Positions 49,224 to 58,866 of a stretch of DNA of 64,000 nucleotides are shown here, in pieces. The DNA is from Bdellovibrionota bacterium (GTDB lineage: Bacteria; Bdellovibrionota; UBA1018; CAIPTA01; JAALKR01): positions 192,001-256,000 of the forward strand of contig CBDBMJ010000003.1 in NCBI GenBank assembly GCA_965207455.1, in the 5' to 3' direction. Made by a program: the position numbers and the translations under genes. Positions within the stretch are counted from its first letter, which is position 1. Every line of letters starts with the position of its first letter. The notes beneath the pieces are model-generated. The model made no database searches, was not told the origin of the DNA, and saw nothing but the letters and a program-made list of their open reading frames with translations.

Positions 49224-49814
49224 CTATAACTCCCACGACGCATTTTTTCTCTTCAATCCCAAGAGATATATTTCTTTACTGTGGGTTCTCGTGCTCTGAG
49301 GTCGAATTCTCTCCACACGAGAAAAATTTCTTTCCATTGTTTGGATCATGCTTTCCATGGCATCACTTTCAAAAATTTTTATTAAAAAATTCCCATCCAG
49401 CTTCAATGCTTTTTCTGCTATATAAAGAGCTCGCTCACAGAGTTCTAGGGAAAGGGCTTGGTCTCGAAGGCGAATACCACTCGTCTTGGGAGCCATATCA
49501 CTGAGTATGCAGTCGAAGGGTGCCTGAGGCAGAGTATGGAACTCCATTTCTAGCACATCTCCCTGGAGAAATGTGGCTTGCTTGTGTTTCCACGTTATGG
49601 CCTGCAAATCAACACCCAACAAATGTCCACTGGGGCCAAGTTTCTCCAACACCACTTGGCTCCACGCGCCTGGCGCTGCCCCCAGTTCCAGCACGCTCCC
49701 TTGGCGGGGAATGAGTGCATATTTTTTTTCTATTTCCTTTAGCTTATAAACAGAGCGGGCGAGATAACCCTCTTGCTTTGCTCGTTTGGAATAACTATCA
49801 TTTTTTTTATACAT
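49224..49814 (-). CDS. rlmE: 23S rRNA 2'-O-methyltransferase RlmE/FtsJ
   Basis: ARSVYKL, ELGAAPGAWSQ, ILSDMAP, SKEIY. Confidence 0.93.
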   Translation of the reverse strand: MYKKNDSYSKRAKQEGYLARSVYKLKEIEKKYALIPRQGSVLELGAAPGAWSQVVLEKLGPSGHLLGVDLQAITWKHKQATFLQGDVLEMEFHTLPQAPFDCILSDMAPKTSGIRLRDQALSLELCERALYIAEKALKLDGNFLIKIFESDAMESMIQTMERNFSRVERIRPQSTRTHSKEIYLLGLKRKNASWEL

Positions 49815-52191
49815 TTTCCAGTTCCACTATGGTGCAACCATCGCCTCCTTCTTCATTGGAGCCAGGGTGGAACTGCACTCCATAGGCACTATTTTTTAAA
49901 AAAAGTCGCGTGGCTTTCTTTAAAGCACCACTGCCATGACCATGAATAATGCGAACGGAAATCCTCGTACTCCGTACCGCTCGATCTAAAAATTCCTCTA
50001 GCCTAGTGGTGGCGTCTTCCACTCTTAGGCCAATGAGGTTTAGCTCCTCGGGGCAATCTGAAATAGAAAGCGAAGTGCGAGTGCCCGGAGAATGTTTTTT
50101 TTTGTTCTTAGTGCTGTCTTCCTCCAACAGAATAAGCTCATCCCAGGGTGCGCGTACTTTCATATTTCCCACCTGTACTTCGGCCTGTTTATTTTTAGGG
50201 TCGTTGAGAAGTTTTCCTTTCATCCGAAGGTTTTGGATTTTCACCACGGCGCCGACCCTCATAAATACATTTTTACTTTCCGTCTCTTTAGGGGTGCTTT
50301 GAAATTCCTGAGGCACCTCTATTGCTTTTGCTTGCAATAAACGACGACTTCCCTTCACCACCTCTTCATACATATGCGGAAGCTTTTCAAGCTTTCCCTT
50401 ATACTCCTGAACAATCGTACTGGCCTCTGCAAATGCCTGAGCTTTTATTTTTTTTATTTCTGCTTCAAAACGAATTCCCAGATTCTCTCTTTCCGACTGT
50501 ACTTTTTTCTGCATCTCAGTGGTTCTTTTTAATTCCCGTTCCATCTCGATTTTTTTTTCATCTAGCTCTTTACGTGCGCTCTCTATCTCACTTTCCTTGG
50601 ATTCTATTTTTGTAATCAAGTGATCAACCTTGCCATGGGAGTCCTGGAACCTACGGGTAGCGTCCTGTATAATTTTACTGGGAATCCCCAGCCTTTGGGC
50701 TGTTTCTATTGCCCAACTACTGCTGGGTATTCCTAGGCGTATCCTATACTTAGGTTCCATTTTTTTTACGTCGAACTCCATGGACGCGTGGAGAAGGTTT
50801 TCTGCCTCCATTTCCTTAAGTTCGCTAAAATGCGTGGTAACGAAAACAGTAACTCCCCTTTGGGTAAGCTCAGATAAGATGGCACCACTTAGGGCTGTGG
50901 CTTCTGCGGGGTCGGTGGAATTCAGTATCTCATCGATAAGAACCAAAGTAGAGGAATCCGCTATCTCTAAAATATTTTTAATAATAGCCACGCTGGAAGA
51001 AAAACTCGATAGGTGTTCCTCAATGTTTTGCTCGTCGCCTATCTGAACTAATACTTTTTTAAAATACGGAATGGTGGAATTTTCTCCACAGGGAAGAAGA
51101 AAACCACAACGACTCATCATTGCTAAAAGCCCCATTGCCTTGAGTAGCACCGTTTTTCCTCCCGTATTGGGACCAGATATAATAACACAATGGGTGTCTG
51201 GAGGAATAAGAACAGAATTTGTTACCAATTCTTCCGCAGGCAAAAGTTTTCTCAGTAGGGGATGGTACAGATCCAACAATTCCATTGTAGAAGAGAAGGT
51301 AACGGGAGTGGCATGTTTATAGGACTGGAAATCTTGGGCAAAACGGGCACGACCCAACGTTAAATCTATACGTATAGTGCTATTATAATTCTCCCATAAC
51401 ACCTCCGAGTGGGGTACGAGTTTCCCGGTAAGCTCATGGAGAATTTTATATACTTCTTCTTCGATGTCGATTTGTATTTGTCGAATTTTGTCGTTCCAGT
51501 CCCTTAGGGCAAAGGGCTCCACGTATGCTGTGGCCCGACTGGTGCTGGACTCAAAAGATAATCCAGGGACTTGTTTTCTATACGCCCTTTTAATGGGGAT
51601 CACATACCTGCCGTCTCGTATGTCGAAGTACTGATCTTGGGCTATTCCTGCTCGAATGGCTCGTCGTAGAATTTTCTCCACAGCCTCCCGAGCTCGCTCA
51701 TGGGCTTTTTGCTCCTCCCGTCGGAGTTTTCCTAGCCTTGAGCTAGCTGAATCTTTCACACCACCATCGGGTTCAATGCAATGACTGATCTTTTTTTGCA
51801 GATCTGGGAAGCTCGTAATGGAGGACGCGAGTGCGTGACATTCGGGAAATTTATCCTTTGTTTTTTGAAAAACCTGGCGCACCTGGTGGCTAATTTCCAT
51901 CAATTTCGCAAAGGCATGGAGCTCTTGACCCGTAAGGCACGCAGCTTTAGCCAATCGCTGAAAGGGGGTGGCCATTTCCTGCAAGCTGGAAATAGGAGGA
52001 AATTGCTCCATCTCTATTATACCTAAGCCTTCCTGGGAAAGCTGGAGTAGCTTTTCAGATTCTGCCTGCTCATCGGGAATCTCTAAGTGCAGGGCCTGCA
52101 ATTTAGCTGGGAGACTTGCGCAAAATCCGCTATACTGCTCTAAGAAGCGAAACCATTCTAAGGACTGCAGGGAAGATTTAATTATGTCCAC
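49807..52191 (-). CDS. mutS2: MutS2 with KOW and Smr domains
   Basis: ISGPNTGGKT, IGDEQ, LSSFSS, IDEI..STDP, TTHF, C-terminal IIHGHGSGAL. Start placed at GTG 52191. Confidence 0.92.
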   Translation of the reverse strand: MDIIKSSLQSLEWFRFLEQYSGFCASLPAKLQALHLEIPDEQAESEKLLQLSQEGLGIIEMEQFPPISSLQEMATPFQRLAKAACLTGQELHAFAKLMEISHQVRQVFQKTKDKFPECHALASSITSFPDLQKKISHCIEPDGGVKDSASSRLGKLRREEQKAHERAREAVEKILRRAIRAGIAQDQYFDIRDGRYVIPIKRAYRKQVPGLSFESSTSRATAYVEPFALRDWNDKIRQIQIDIEEEVYKILHELTGKLVPHSEVLWENYNSTIRIDLTLGRARFAQDFQSYKHATPVTFSSTMELLDLYHPLLRKLLPAEELVTNSVLIPPDTHCVIISGPNTGGKTVLLKAMGLLAMMSRCGFLLPCGENSTIPYFKKVLVQIGDEQNIEEHLSSFSSSVAIIKNILEIADSSTLVLIDEILNSTDPAEATALSGAILSELTQRGVTVFVTTHFSELKEMEAENLLHASMEFDVKKMEPKYRIRLGIPSSSWAIETAQRLGIPSKIIQDATRRFQDSHGKVDHLITKIESKESEIESARKELDEKKIEMERELKRTTEMQKKVQSERENLGIRFEAEIKKIKAQAFAEASTIVQEYKGKLEKLPHMYEEVVKGSRRLLQAKAIEVPQEFQSTPKETESKNVFMRVGAVVKIQNLRMKGKLLNDPKNKQAEVQVGNMKVRAPWDELILLEEDSTKNKKKHSPGTRTSLSISDCPEELNLIGLRVEDATTRLEEFLDRAVRSTRISVRIIHGHGSGALKKATRLFLKNSAYGVQFHPGSNEEGGDGCTIVELENV

Positions 52192-52215
52192 CGAGACAGT
52201 ATAACAAATAGAACT

Positions 52216-53658
52216 ATGTCTCTCAATTGGCAAGAACTGGAAAAGGTAATTTCTGAGGTAAATCCCTTAGTGCTAGGTTCCAGCGTACAAAAAATCGCCC
52301 AAACGGCTAGTTTTGCCCTTGGGGAGTCCGTTGTTTTTCATACTTACTCTAGTGGCGCAGGCACTCAGCGCCTGATTTTTAGCTGCAATAACCTCTGTAC
52401 TGGGCTGTTTCTGGCTCCATCCCGATCCGTCAAGATAGATTCCCCCCCCTCTCCCAGTACATTTATCATGGTTTTGCGCAAGCACCTTATGGGAACGCGC
52501 CTAAAAACCATTCATCAGAACCCGGGCGACAGGATGGTTTCTTTCTTTTTTGAAAATGGGAGGGTACTCATTGGGGAATTTATTCCCAGAAGATCGAATC
52601 TCCTATTGTTGGCCTCTCAGGATCAGAATACGGGGAAATACCTTGCGAGTTTCAGGAGCGTGCGACTAAATACGGGAGGACTCTATCCCCTGCCCAAGGC
52701 CATGGGCACAAGTCCTAAAGAAGTACGAAGTTTTAACGAATTTCCAGGCGCTACTTACCCGGAAAAGACCTTTCATTATTTCCATTCCTACTTCCTTACT
52801 GCCACTTTTTCTAAAAAAAAGTCAGCTTATTTACAAAAAATTCGATCCCAGAAAAAGAAACTCCAAACGGCAATAAAGAATCTCAACAAAGATGAAGAAA
52901 AAATAAAAGGACTGGACTCTATGCAGGAATCAGCCCATGCCTTGCAAGAGAAATTATATGAGTTTGGTGCCAAGAACTTTCCCAAAGAGTTAACTGTCAA
53001 TATATCTCTCCTGTCCAGTGAAAAGAAAATCACTGTGAGCTTAGATAAAAAATTAACATTTGCAGAAAATCTCAATACTCTTTTCCAAAGAATAAAAAAA
53101 ATAAAAAGAGCCAGTGGGGAAATTCATAGTCGGATGATGGGTTTGGAGGAAAAAAAATCTTATTTAGAGGATTTAGAATCAAAGGTTGAAGGATCTAATA
53201 ACGAAGAAGAAATGCAATTATTCCACAAAGATCTGGAAAAACTCCAGGATCCCAAGAGACTACAAACAAGTAAAAAATCTAAAGATTATTTGGAAATTGT
53301 TTCCAGCGACGGGTTTGTTATTTTTTGCGGAAGAAATGAAAAAGAAAATCGATTGGTTACTTTTAAGGTGGCTAAGGGAAATGACCTATGGTTACACTTA
53401 AGAGGTGCCCCAGGTGCCCATGTGTTGATTAAATCTCAAAAAAAGAAGACAGTGCCCTTATCCACATTATTGGAAGCAGCTCAGTTGGTATTGTATTATA
53501 GTAAAGCACGAAAGGGAAAGCATGACGTGGACTATACCTTCCGCAAAAACGTGCGAGCTATTAAATATACGGTTGCTAAGGTTACCTATACGGAAAATAA
53601 GGTTTTGTACATTGAATCCGACGTGGAAAAGCTAAGAAAGCTTCTTCAGAGTCAATAG
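52216..53658 (+). CDS. rqcH: NFACT family protein RqcH/FbpA (ribosome quality control)
   Basis: PSTFIMVLRKHL, DRMV, coiled coils, NFACT-R GRNEKEN..VT..DLWLH..PGAHV..AAQL..YYSK..VDYT. Confidence 0.85.
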   Translation: MSLNWQELEKVISEVNPLVLGSSVQKIAQTASFALGESVVFHTYSSGAGTQRLIFSCNNLCTGLFLAPSRSVKIDSPPSPSTFIMVLRKHLMGTRLKTIHQNPGDRMVSFFFENGRVLIGEFIPRRSNLLLLASQDQNTGKYLASFRSVRLNTGGLYPLPKAMGTSPKEVRSFNEFPGATYPEKTFHYFHSYFLTATFSKKKSAYLQKIRSQKKKLQTAIKNLNKDEEKIKGLDSMQESAHALQEKLYEFGAKNFPKELTVNISLLSSEKKITVSLDKKLTFAENLNTLFQRIKKIKRASGEIHSRMMGLEEKKSYLEDLESKVEGSNNEEEMQLFHKDLEKLQDPKRLQTSKKSKDYLEIVSSDGFVIFCGRNEKENRLVTFKVAKGNDLWLHLRGAPGAHVLIKSQKKKTVPLSTLLEAAQLVLYYSKARKGKHDVDYTFRKNVRAIKYTVAKVTYTENKVLYIESDVEKLRKLLQSQ

Positions 53659-54591
53659 TTTCTTTGCTGCCAGAAAAGGGTCTTGCTCACCCCTTGCCAC
53701 CTGCTCAATTAAGTCCAGCCCACTTTTCGTTTGAAAGAAACGGGTGGAAGCTCTGGTAACCATGTCTGAGGCTATATTCATCAGTATGGTACGCGCAAAT
53801 CGATGATTTTTTTCTTTTATTTCACCCGACTTTTTTAAAAACCTGTAGTGCTCTTCTATGGATTGGTATAGTTCAGAAATGCCCTGGTTCTTTTCTGCCA
53901 CAGTTTTTGTGATGGGCACACTCCACGAACCTTTCGCTCCATGGGATAACTCTAAACTCATGGTTAGGCTTTTTATAATGTGATCGGAGCCAACACGATC
54001 GCATTTGTTTACATTTAAAATATCTGCTATTTCCAAAATGCCGGCTTTCATCATTTGCACTTCATCTCCACTCTCAGGAACGAGCACAACAACGTTGGTG
54101 TGAGTAACACCTAAAATCCCTAGTTCCGTTTGGCCCACTCCCGCTGTTTCTAAAATGACTAAATCAAAACCAGCTGCATCCAACAACATCACAGCCTTTT
54201 GGGATGTTCGGGATAAACCGCCCTGCCCACCCCGGGTTCCAATGCTACGTATGAAAACATTTTCATCCCCAGCGTGTGCTTGCATACGGATACGATCTCC
54301 TAAAATTGCTCCTCCACTAAAAGGGGAACTTGGGTCTACACAAAGCACGGCTACTTTTTTCTTTTTCTCTCGCGCCAAGTATATCAACTTATCTATTAGA
54401 GTGGATTTTCCTGCTCCAGGAGGACCTGTTATACCAACTAAGTGAGCTTTTCCCGTATGGGGATAGATTGTAGCTATAATATCGTCGATATTTTCTTCTT
54501 GATTTTCCACAAGGGAGATTAAGCGAGCGATGCTAAACATGTCTCCTTGAAAAAATTTCTTCACTAATTCTTTGCTAATCACCGAGGTCAT
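53632..54591 (-). CDS. meaB: MeaB/ArgK family GTPase (methylmalonyl-CoA mutase chaperone)
   Basis: GITGPPGAGKST, VDPSSPFSGGAILGDRIRM, ETAGVGQ, NKCD. Confidence 0.92.
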   Translation of the reverse strand: MTSVISKELVKKFFQGDMFSIARLISLVENQEENIDDIIATIYPHTGKAHLVGITGPPGAGKSTLIDKLIYLAREKKKKVAVLCVDPSSPFSGGAILGDRIRMQAHAGDENVFIRSIGTRGGQGGLSRTSQKAVMLLDAAGFDLVILETAGVGQTELGILGVTHTNVVVLVPESGDEVQMMKAGILEIADILNVNKCDRVGSDHIIKSLTMSLELSHGAKGSWSVPITKTVAEKNQGISELYQSIEEHYRFLKKSGEIKEKNHRFARTILMNIASDMVTRASTRFFQTKSGLDLIEQVARGEQDPFLAAKKLLTLKKLS

Positions 54592-55100
54592 TATCTTAAT
54601 TCCTGCACTTTTTTAATAAGGTCTGTGGTGGAGCGACCATTTCTAAAGGAAAGAGATTTTACTTTCCCACCGTGCATTTTTACAAATCGTGCGCCAACAA
54701 TTTCGTCCTCAGACCAATCCCCTCCCTTTACTAAGTACTGAGGTTTTATTTTTTCTATCAACGCTTGCGGCGTATTACTTGAAAACCAGGTCACAACGTC
54801 CACGCACTCTAGGGCAGCCAGCATTTCAGCCCGATCTTTCAGGGGCACTAGCGGGCGTTGCTCTCCCTTGAGGCGACGAATGGAAGCATCTGTATTCAAT
54901 GCCACCAATAAGATATCTCCCATCTTTCGCGCTTCCGATAGGTAGGTAATATGCCCCAAGTGCAAGAGATCAAAACAGCCGTTAGTAAAAACTATTTTTT
55001 TCTTTTTCTTTTGTAATTTTTCCACCCAAGTGACAACCAGTTTAGGAGAAAAGATCTTTTGGGAAGTCTGCAAGCTCGTATGAGTGCGGGATTGTTTCAT
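54591..55100 (-). CDS. rfaE2: D-glycero-beta-D-manno-heptose 1-phosphate adenylyltransferase
   Basis: VFTNGCFDLLHLGH, LKGEQRP, VKGGDW, STT. Confidence 0.9.
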   Translation of the reverse strand: MKQSRTHTSLQTSQKIFSPKLVVTWVEKLQKKKKKIVFTNGCFDLLHLGHITYLSEARKMGDILLVALNTDASIRRLKGEQRPLVPLKDRAEMLAALECVDVVTWFSSNTPQALIEKIKPQYLVKGGDWSEDEIVGARFVKMHGGKVKSLSFRNGRSTTDLIKKVQELR

Positions 55101-55107
55101 TTGTCCC

Positions 55108-55731
55108 CTACTCCTTATGGACCAAAGAGGTAGTAACCCGATCATGCCAAGGGCGACGCCTAGAATCCCATAATGCGCTCATGGGCCCTGCCCCCACTGC
55201 CAAGAAGGAAAGAAAAAAACAAGCCATTCTCTTGCTAGCAATGGCAAAGCTAATGGGCTTATATCCGGGGCCATCCTCCACAACGGTTAGGCGTAAAAAC
55301 ATTTTTCCCAGGGTTTGTCCCCCAACGCCCTCTCCTAAAAGGAAATATCCGATATGTACAGCGAGAGCATAGAGCAGGCAAAGCACGGGATTATGGACGA
55401 AAAAATTCCAACCTGCCCGTGGTGCATTGATATAAAAAACAAAAAAAAGCATTCCATTAACAATGGAAAGATCGATACAAAACGCACTCAAACGATCGAA
55501 AAGAACGGCAAACTTCAAGGGCTCTTCCCTCTTTTTTCTAGTGAAGGGGTATGGAGTGGTGGCAGCCACCACAGTGGGTTTTGGAATTCTGGGAGGATTG
55601 GGGTAAAGACCAAGACCATCGTTAAGCGCAGAGAAGCGGAGTTGCTCCTCTGTAATCGCCTCCAAATCCTGAAGGTAGGGAGAACTTATTGACTCTGCTT
55701 CCTCTAGTTTTTCTGTTTCTTCCTTTGCCAT
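55108..55731 (-). CDS. RDD family membrane protein
   Basis: RLSAFCID, GQTLGK, WHDRV. Confidence 0.85.
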   Translation of the reverse strand: MAKEETEKLEEAESISSPYLQDLEAITEEQLRFSALNDGLGLYPNPPRIPKPTVVAATTPYPFTRKKREEPLKFAVLFDRLSAFCIDLSIVNGMLFFVFYINAPRAGWNFFVHNPVLCLLYALAVHIGYFLLGEGVGGQTLGKMFLRLTVVEDGPGYKPISFAIASKRMACFFLSFLAVGAGPMSALWDSRRRPWHDRVTTSLVHKE

Positions 55732-55745
55732 AAAATACTTTTCAC

Positions 55746-57308
55746 TTATTGATGGTTTTTATTTCCAATAACTCGCTCTGCTTCCTCTCTTTTTCCAATC
55801 ATGGAAAGGGCATGCCAACTGCCATTGGGGAAAAGCACTGTGCCTTCTAGGTTCGATCGATAGACCACAAAATTATTATTGTGCCACAAACTAATATAGG
55901 GGAGATCCCGGGCTATAATTTTTTGGACTTTATCATAAGCCCTCTTTCTTTTCTTCCGATCCATTGTGCCTTTGGCAATTTCCAAATAGCGATCCAGTTC
56001 TTTACTACTATAGTTGGTGCGATTATTCCTTTCCCTTTCTTCAGAGTGGAAGACATTAAAGAAGTGCTCAGGCAGGGTTACGCCCACCCAACGGAGTAAG
56101 AACATTTCCGTATTTCGTGCCTTTACGTCGCCATAGAACGTTCCCCATTCAAACGCTTGGTGCTTTATAATAAGACCAGATCTTTCCAGTTGACTCTTTA
56201 TTGCCACTGCATTATCCATAACCAGTTTATTTGTTGTAGTCTTTAAGCTCAAAGTCAGCTTAGGTTTATTATTTTCCCCGTTGTAGTATCCTGCCTCATC
56301 TAAAAGTTTTTTAGCGAGTGCTAAATTCATTTTAATGGGACGAAGTTTTTTATTATAATACCAGTTTGTTTCTGAAAGTATGCTCGATGCTGGTGTAGCC
56401 ATCCCACTAAGTTTGTATTTAATAATGGCAGGAACATCTAAACTGTAGGCAATTGCTTGGCGCACCTTTAGCTTCTTTAGCGCTGGATTTGCCATATTTA
56501 ATCCCATGTACTGATAGGCAATTCCTTTACCTACGATGGCTCGAACTTCTGGAAATTTATTTATCGTTATTTGCTGTAATTTTTTATAGTCTAAATCATT
56601 TAAGATAATGTCTATCTCGCCTTTCTGTAATTTCAAATACCGGGACAGATCTTCCCTTACTACCTTCACATGAATTTTAGGAGACGGAGGCAGGGGAAGG
56701 CAGTTGGTTTCAAATCTTTTTAATTTCACACCGCTAGAGTTATTTTCAAAAACAGCGTACGGTCCAGCACCCACCGGGAACTTTAGAAACTTCTCCTCAT
56801 TATAGCTCTCCGTGGGAATAATTTTCAAGAGAGAAAGATCGGTGAGAAGCTGAGGCTCTATGTCCTTGGTGTGTAGGCGAAACGTTTGTGGACCCCGTTT
56901 TTCAAAACGTGTAATTCTCTGAAACGCTTTCATAAATGGAGATTTATTTTTAGGGTCGCTATAAAACAGTATATTTTTCTCTATATCATCCACTGTTATT
57001 TCCCTACCATTGTGGAAGCGACAACCCTTGCGCAAAGTAAATTCAATACTTCGGTCGGTCAAAATCTTAAATTTTTCTGCCAAGTGGGGCACAGGCACAA
57101 GTTCTGTGCCAATTTTTGTAAGACCAGCATGGACTAATTGTCCAATATGTTGGGAATTCGCAGTGGTGGCACGAAGGGGGTCCAGTGTTTGCTGAGGACT
57201 GGTGATTGCTGTAACGAGAGTGTCTTGGGGAGAGCGGTAGTTCTGTGTGCAGGACACAAAAGCGAGTAAACAGGGTAAAAAGAAAAAACCTTTTTTAAAA
57301 TAAATCAT
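55746..57308 (-). CDS. ABC transporter substrate-binding lipoprotein (SBP family 5, peptide/nickel)
   Basis: FVSC lipobox; TLDP, FTLRKG.RFHNG, PVGAGPY, VRQAIAYSLD, DLPYISLW. Confidence 0.88.
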   Translation of the reverse strand: MIYFKKGFFFLPCLLAFVSCTQNYRSPQDTLVTAITSPQQTLDPLRATTANSQHIGQLVHAGLTKIGTELVPVPHLAEKFKILTDRSIEFTLRKGCRFHNGREITVDDIEKNILFYSDPKNKSPFMKAFQRITRFEKRGPQTFRLHTKDIEPQLLTDLSLLKIIPTESYNEEKFLKFPVGAGPYAVFENNSSGVKLKRFETNCLPLPPSPKIHVKVVREDLSRYLKLQKGEIDIILNDLDYKKLQQITINKFPEVRAIVGKGIAYQYMGLNMANPALKKLKVRQAIAYSLDVPAIIKYKLSGMATPASSILSETNWYYNKKLRPIKMNLALAKKLLDEAGYYNGENNKPKLTLSLKTTTNKLVMDNAVAIKSQLERSGLIIKHQAFEWGTFYGDVKARNTEMFLLRWVGVTLPEHFFNVFHSEERERNNRTNYSSKELDRYLEIAKGTMDRKKRKRAYDKVQKIIARDLPYISLWHNNNFVVYRSNLEGTVLFPNGSWHALSMIGKREEAERVIGNKNHQ

Positions 57309-57384
57309 TCTTACACTCCTCCAGTACAAAAACTAGGTTATACTTATAGACAGTCAACCTTGATTTTTTGAGTTTAATAAGCCC

Positions 57385-58845
57385 ATGCAACGCATAGCCA
57401 TATTTCTTGTAGTATCCTTTATTTTACCTCTAAAAGCAAGGAGCACCCCCATCAAGCTCGATGCCCTAAAAGTCCTATTTGAAAAACAAATTAGTAAGCT
57501 ACCCAAGCAAATCAGCCTTTCCATGCTTGTGGAAACCGCAGGAGATAGAAAGGTCATCTACTCCCATAAAAAGAACACAGCATTGGTACCTGCCTCCTCC
57601 ATGAAACTACTCACCTCCAGCGCAGCACTTGAAATCATGGGACCTGCCCACACGCTCAAAACCCGGGTTTTGCTAGAGGGCACTCGTAAAGGAGATACCC
57701 TAGATGGACACCTAGTACTCGTGGGCAATGGAGATCCATACTTAGTCAGTGAACGCCTTTGGCTCTTAGCGAGAGCTATTGCCCGCACGGGTATAAAAAA
57801 AATTACCGGCGGTATTAAAGTAAATAATGAATATTTTCCTGAAAACGACACATTACTAAACTTAGCCGGAAAGGGCGAACCCTATGCTGCAAAGCTGGCT
57901 GCCACTAGCTTTAATTTTAATAGCTTGGAATTGCATGCCTCAGTTGGAAACAAAAAAGAAAAAGTAATCGTGCATTTAGGCCCGGTGGAACATGGCTATG
58001 GCAAAATCATCAATGATGTGAGACTAGTTCCCGGAAAAACGAAATCTGTCCGAGTGACATCAAAGGGACGAAAAAAAGGAATAGAAACATTTCGTCTATC
58101 GGGAAATTTGGGAAGAGAAGCCTCTCCCCTTGTGCTCTACTATCCAGTGGAAGATACATCAGCCTATATCAGCCATGTCTTAGCCGCTATGTTGAAAAAA
58201 GAAAGCATTGAAATAAAAATCCCTTATGCAGGAAACACTAATTTTGATTCTGGAAAGGAACTCACAAAAATTGAAAGTCCTCCTCTCACCACGCTCCTAC
58301 GCCTAATGAATACTTATAGTAATAACTTTATGGCAGAACAGTTCTTTTATATAATGGGTGCTATTAAGCACGGAGCACCAGCAACGAAAGAAAAATCCAA
58401 ACAAGTACTAGATGAGTCCTTAAAAAAAATACCCGAATGTAGAAAAGACACTATCTTTGCAGACAACGGCTCCGGGTTCAGTTGGAAAAGTCGGATAAGT
58501 GCTGCCTGCCTAGTGGGCAGCTTGCAAAAAAGCTACCGAAAGTTTCGTGGCTTTGCCGATTTAATTGGAAGCATGCCCATTGGTGCCAATACGGGCACCC
58601 TAAAAAAACGATTCCATGGCTTTGATTCTTCCTGGTTCCACCCAACAAAAGTGCGTGCAAAAACAGGAACACTTTGGAGTCAAGGTGCTGTTACCTCCAT
58701 CGTCGGATTTACTTCCTCCTACTCTGGCGAGCCTCTAGTATTCTCTTTACTACTAAACCATAAGGAATCGGGCAGTAAGCCCATTTTACCAATGCGAAAT
58801 TGGGAAGAGAAAATAATTAGTCTTTTACAAAAGGTGACTTTGTAA
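57385..58845 (+). CDS. dacB: D-Ala-D-Ala carboxypeptidase/endopeptidase (PBP4, S13)
   Basis: PASSMKL, GNGDP, SNN, NGSG, RAKTGTL. Confidence 0.9.
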   Translation: MQRIAIFLVVSFILPLKARSTPIKLDALKVLFEKQISKLPKQISLSMLVETAGDRKVIYSHKKNTALVPASSMKLLTSSAALEIMGPAHTLKTRVLLEGTRKGDTLDGHLVLVGNGDPYLVSERLWLLARAIARTGIKKITGGIKVNNEYFPENDTLLNLAGKGEPYAAKLAATSFNFNSLELHASVGNKKEKVIVHLGPVEHGYGKIINDVRLVPGKTKSVRVTSKGRKKGIETFRLSGNLGREASPLVLYYPVEDTSAYISHVLAAMLKKESIEIKIPYAGNTNFDSGKELTKIESPPLTTLLRLMNTYSNNFMAEQFFYIMGAIKHGAPATKEKSKQVLDESLKKIPECRKDTIFADNGSGFSWKSRISAACLVGSLQKSYRKFRGFADLIGSMPIGANTGTLKKRFHGFDSSWFHPTKVRAKTGTLWSQGAVTSIVGFTSSYSGEPLVFSLLLNHKESGSKPILPMRNWEEKIISLLQKVTL

Positions 58846-58866
58846 CTTTAGAAGGAGCAACACAGA

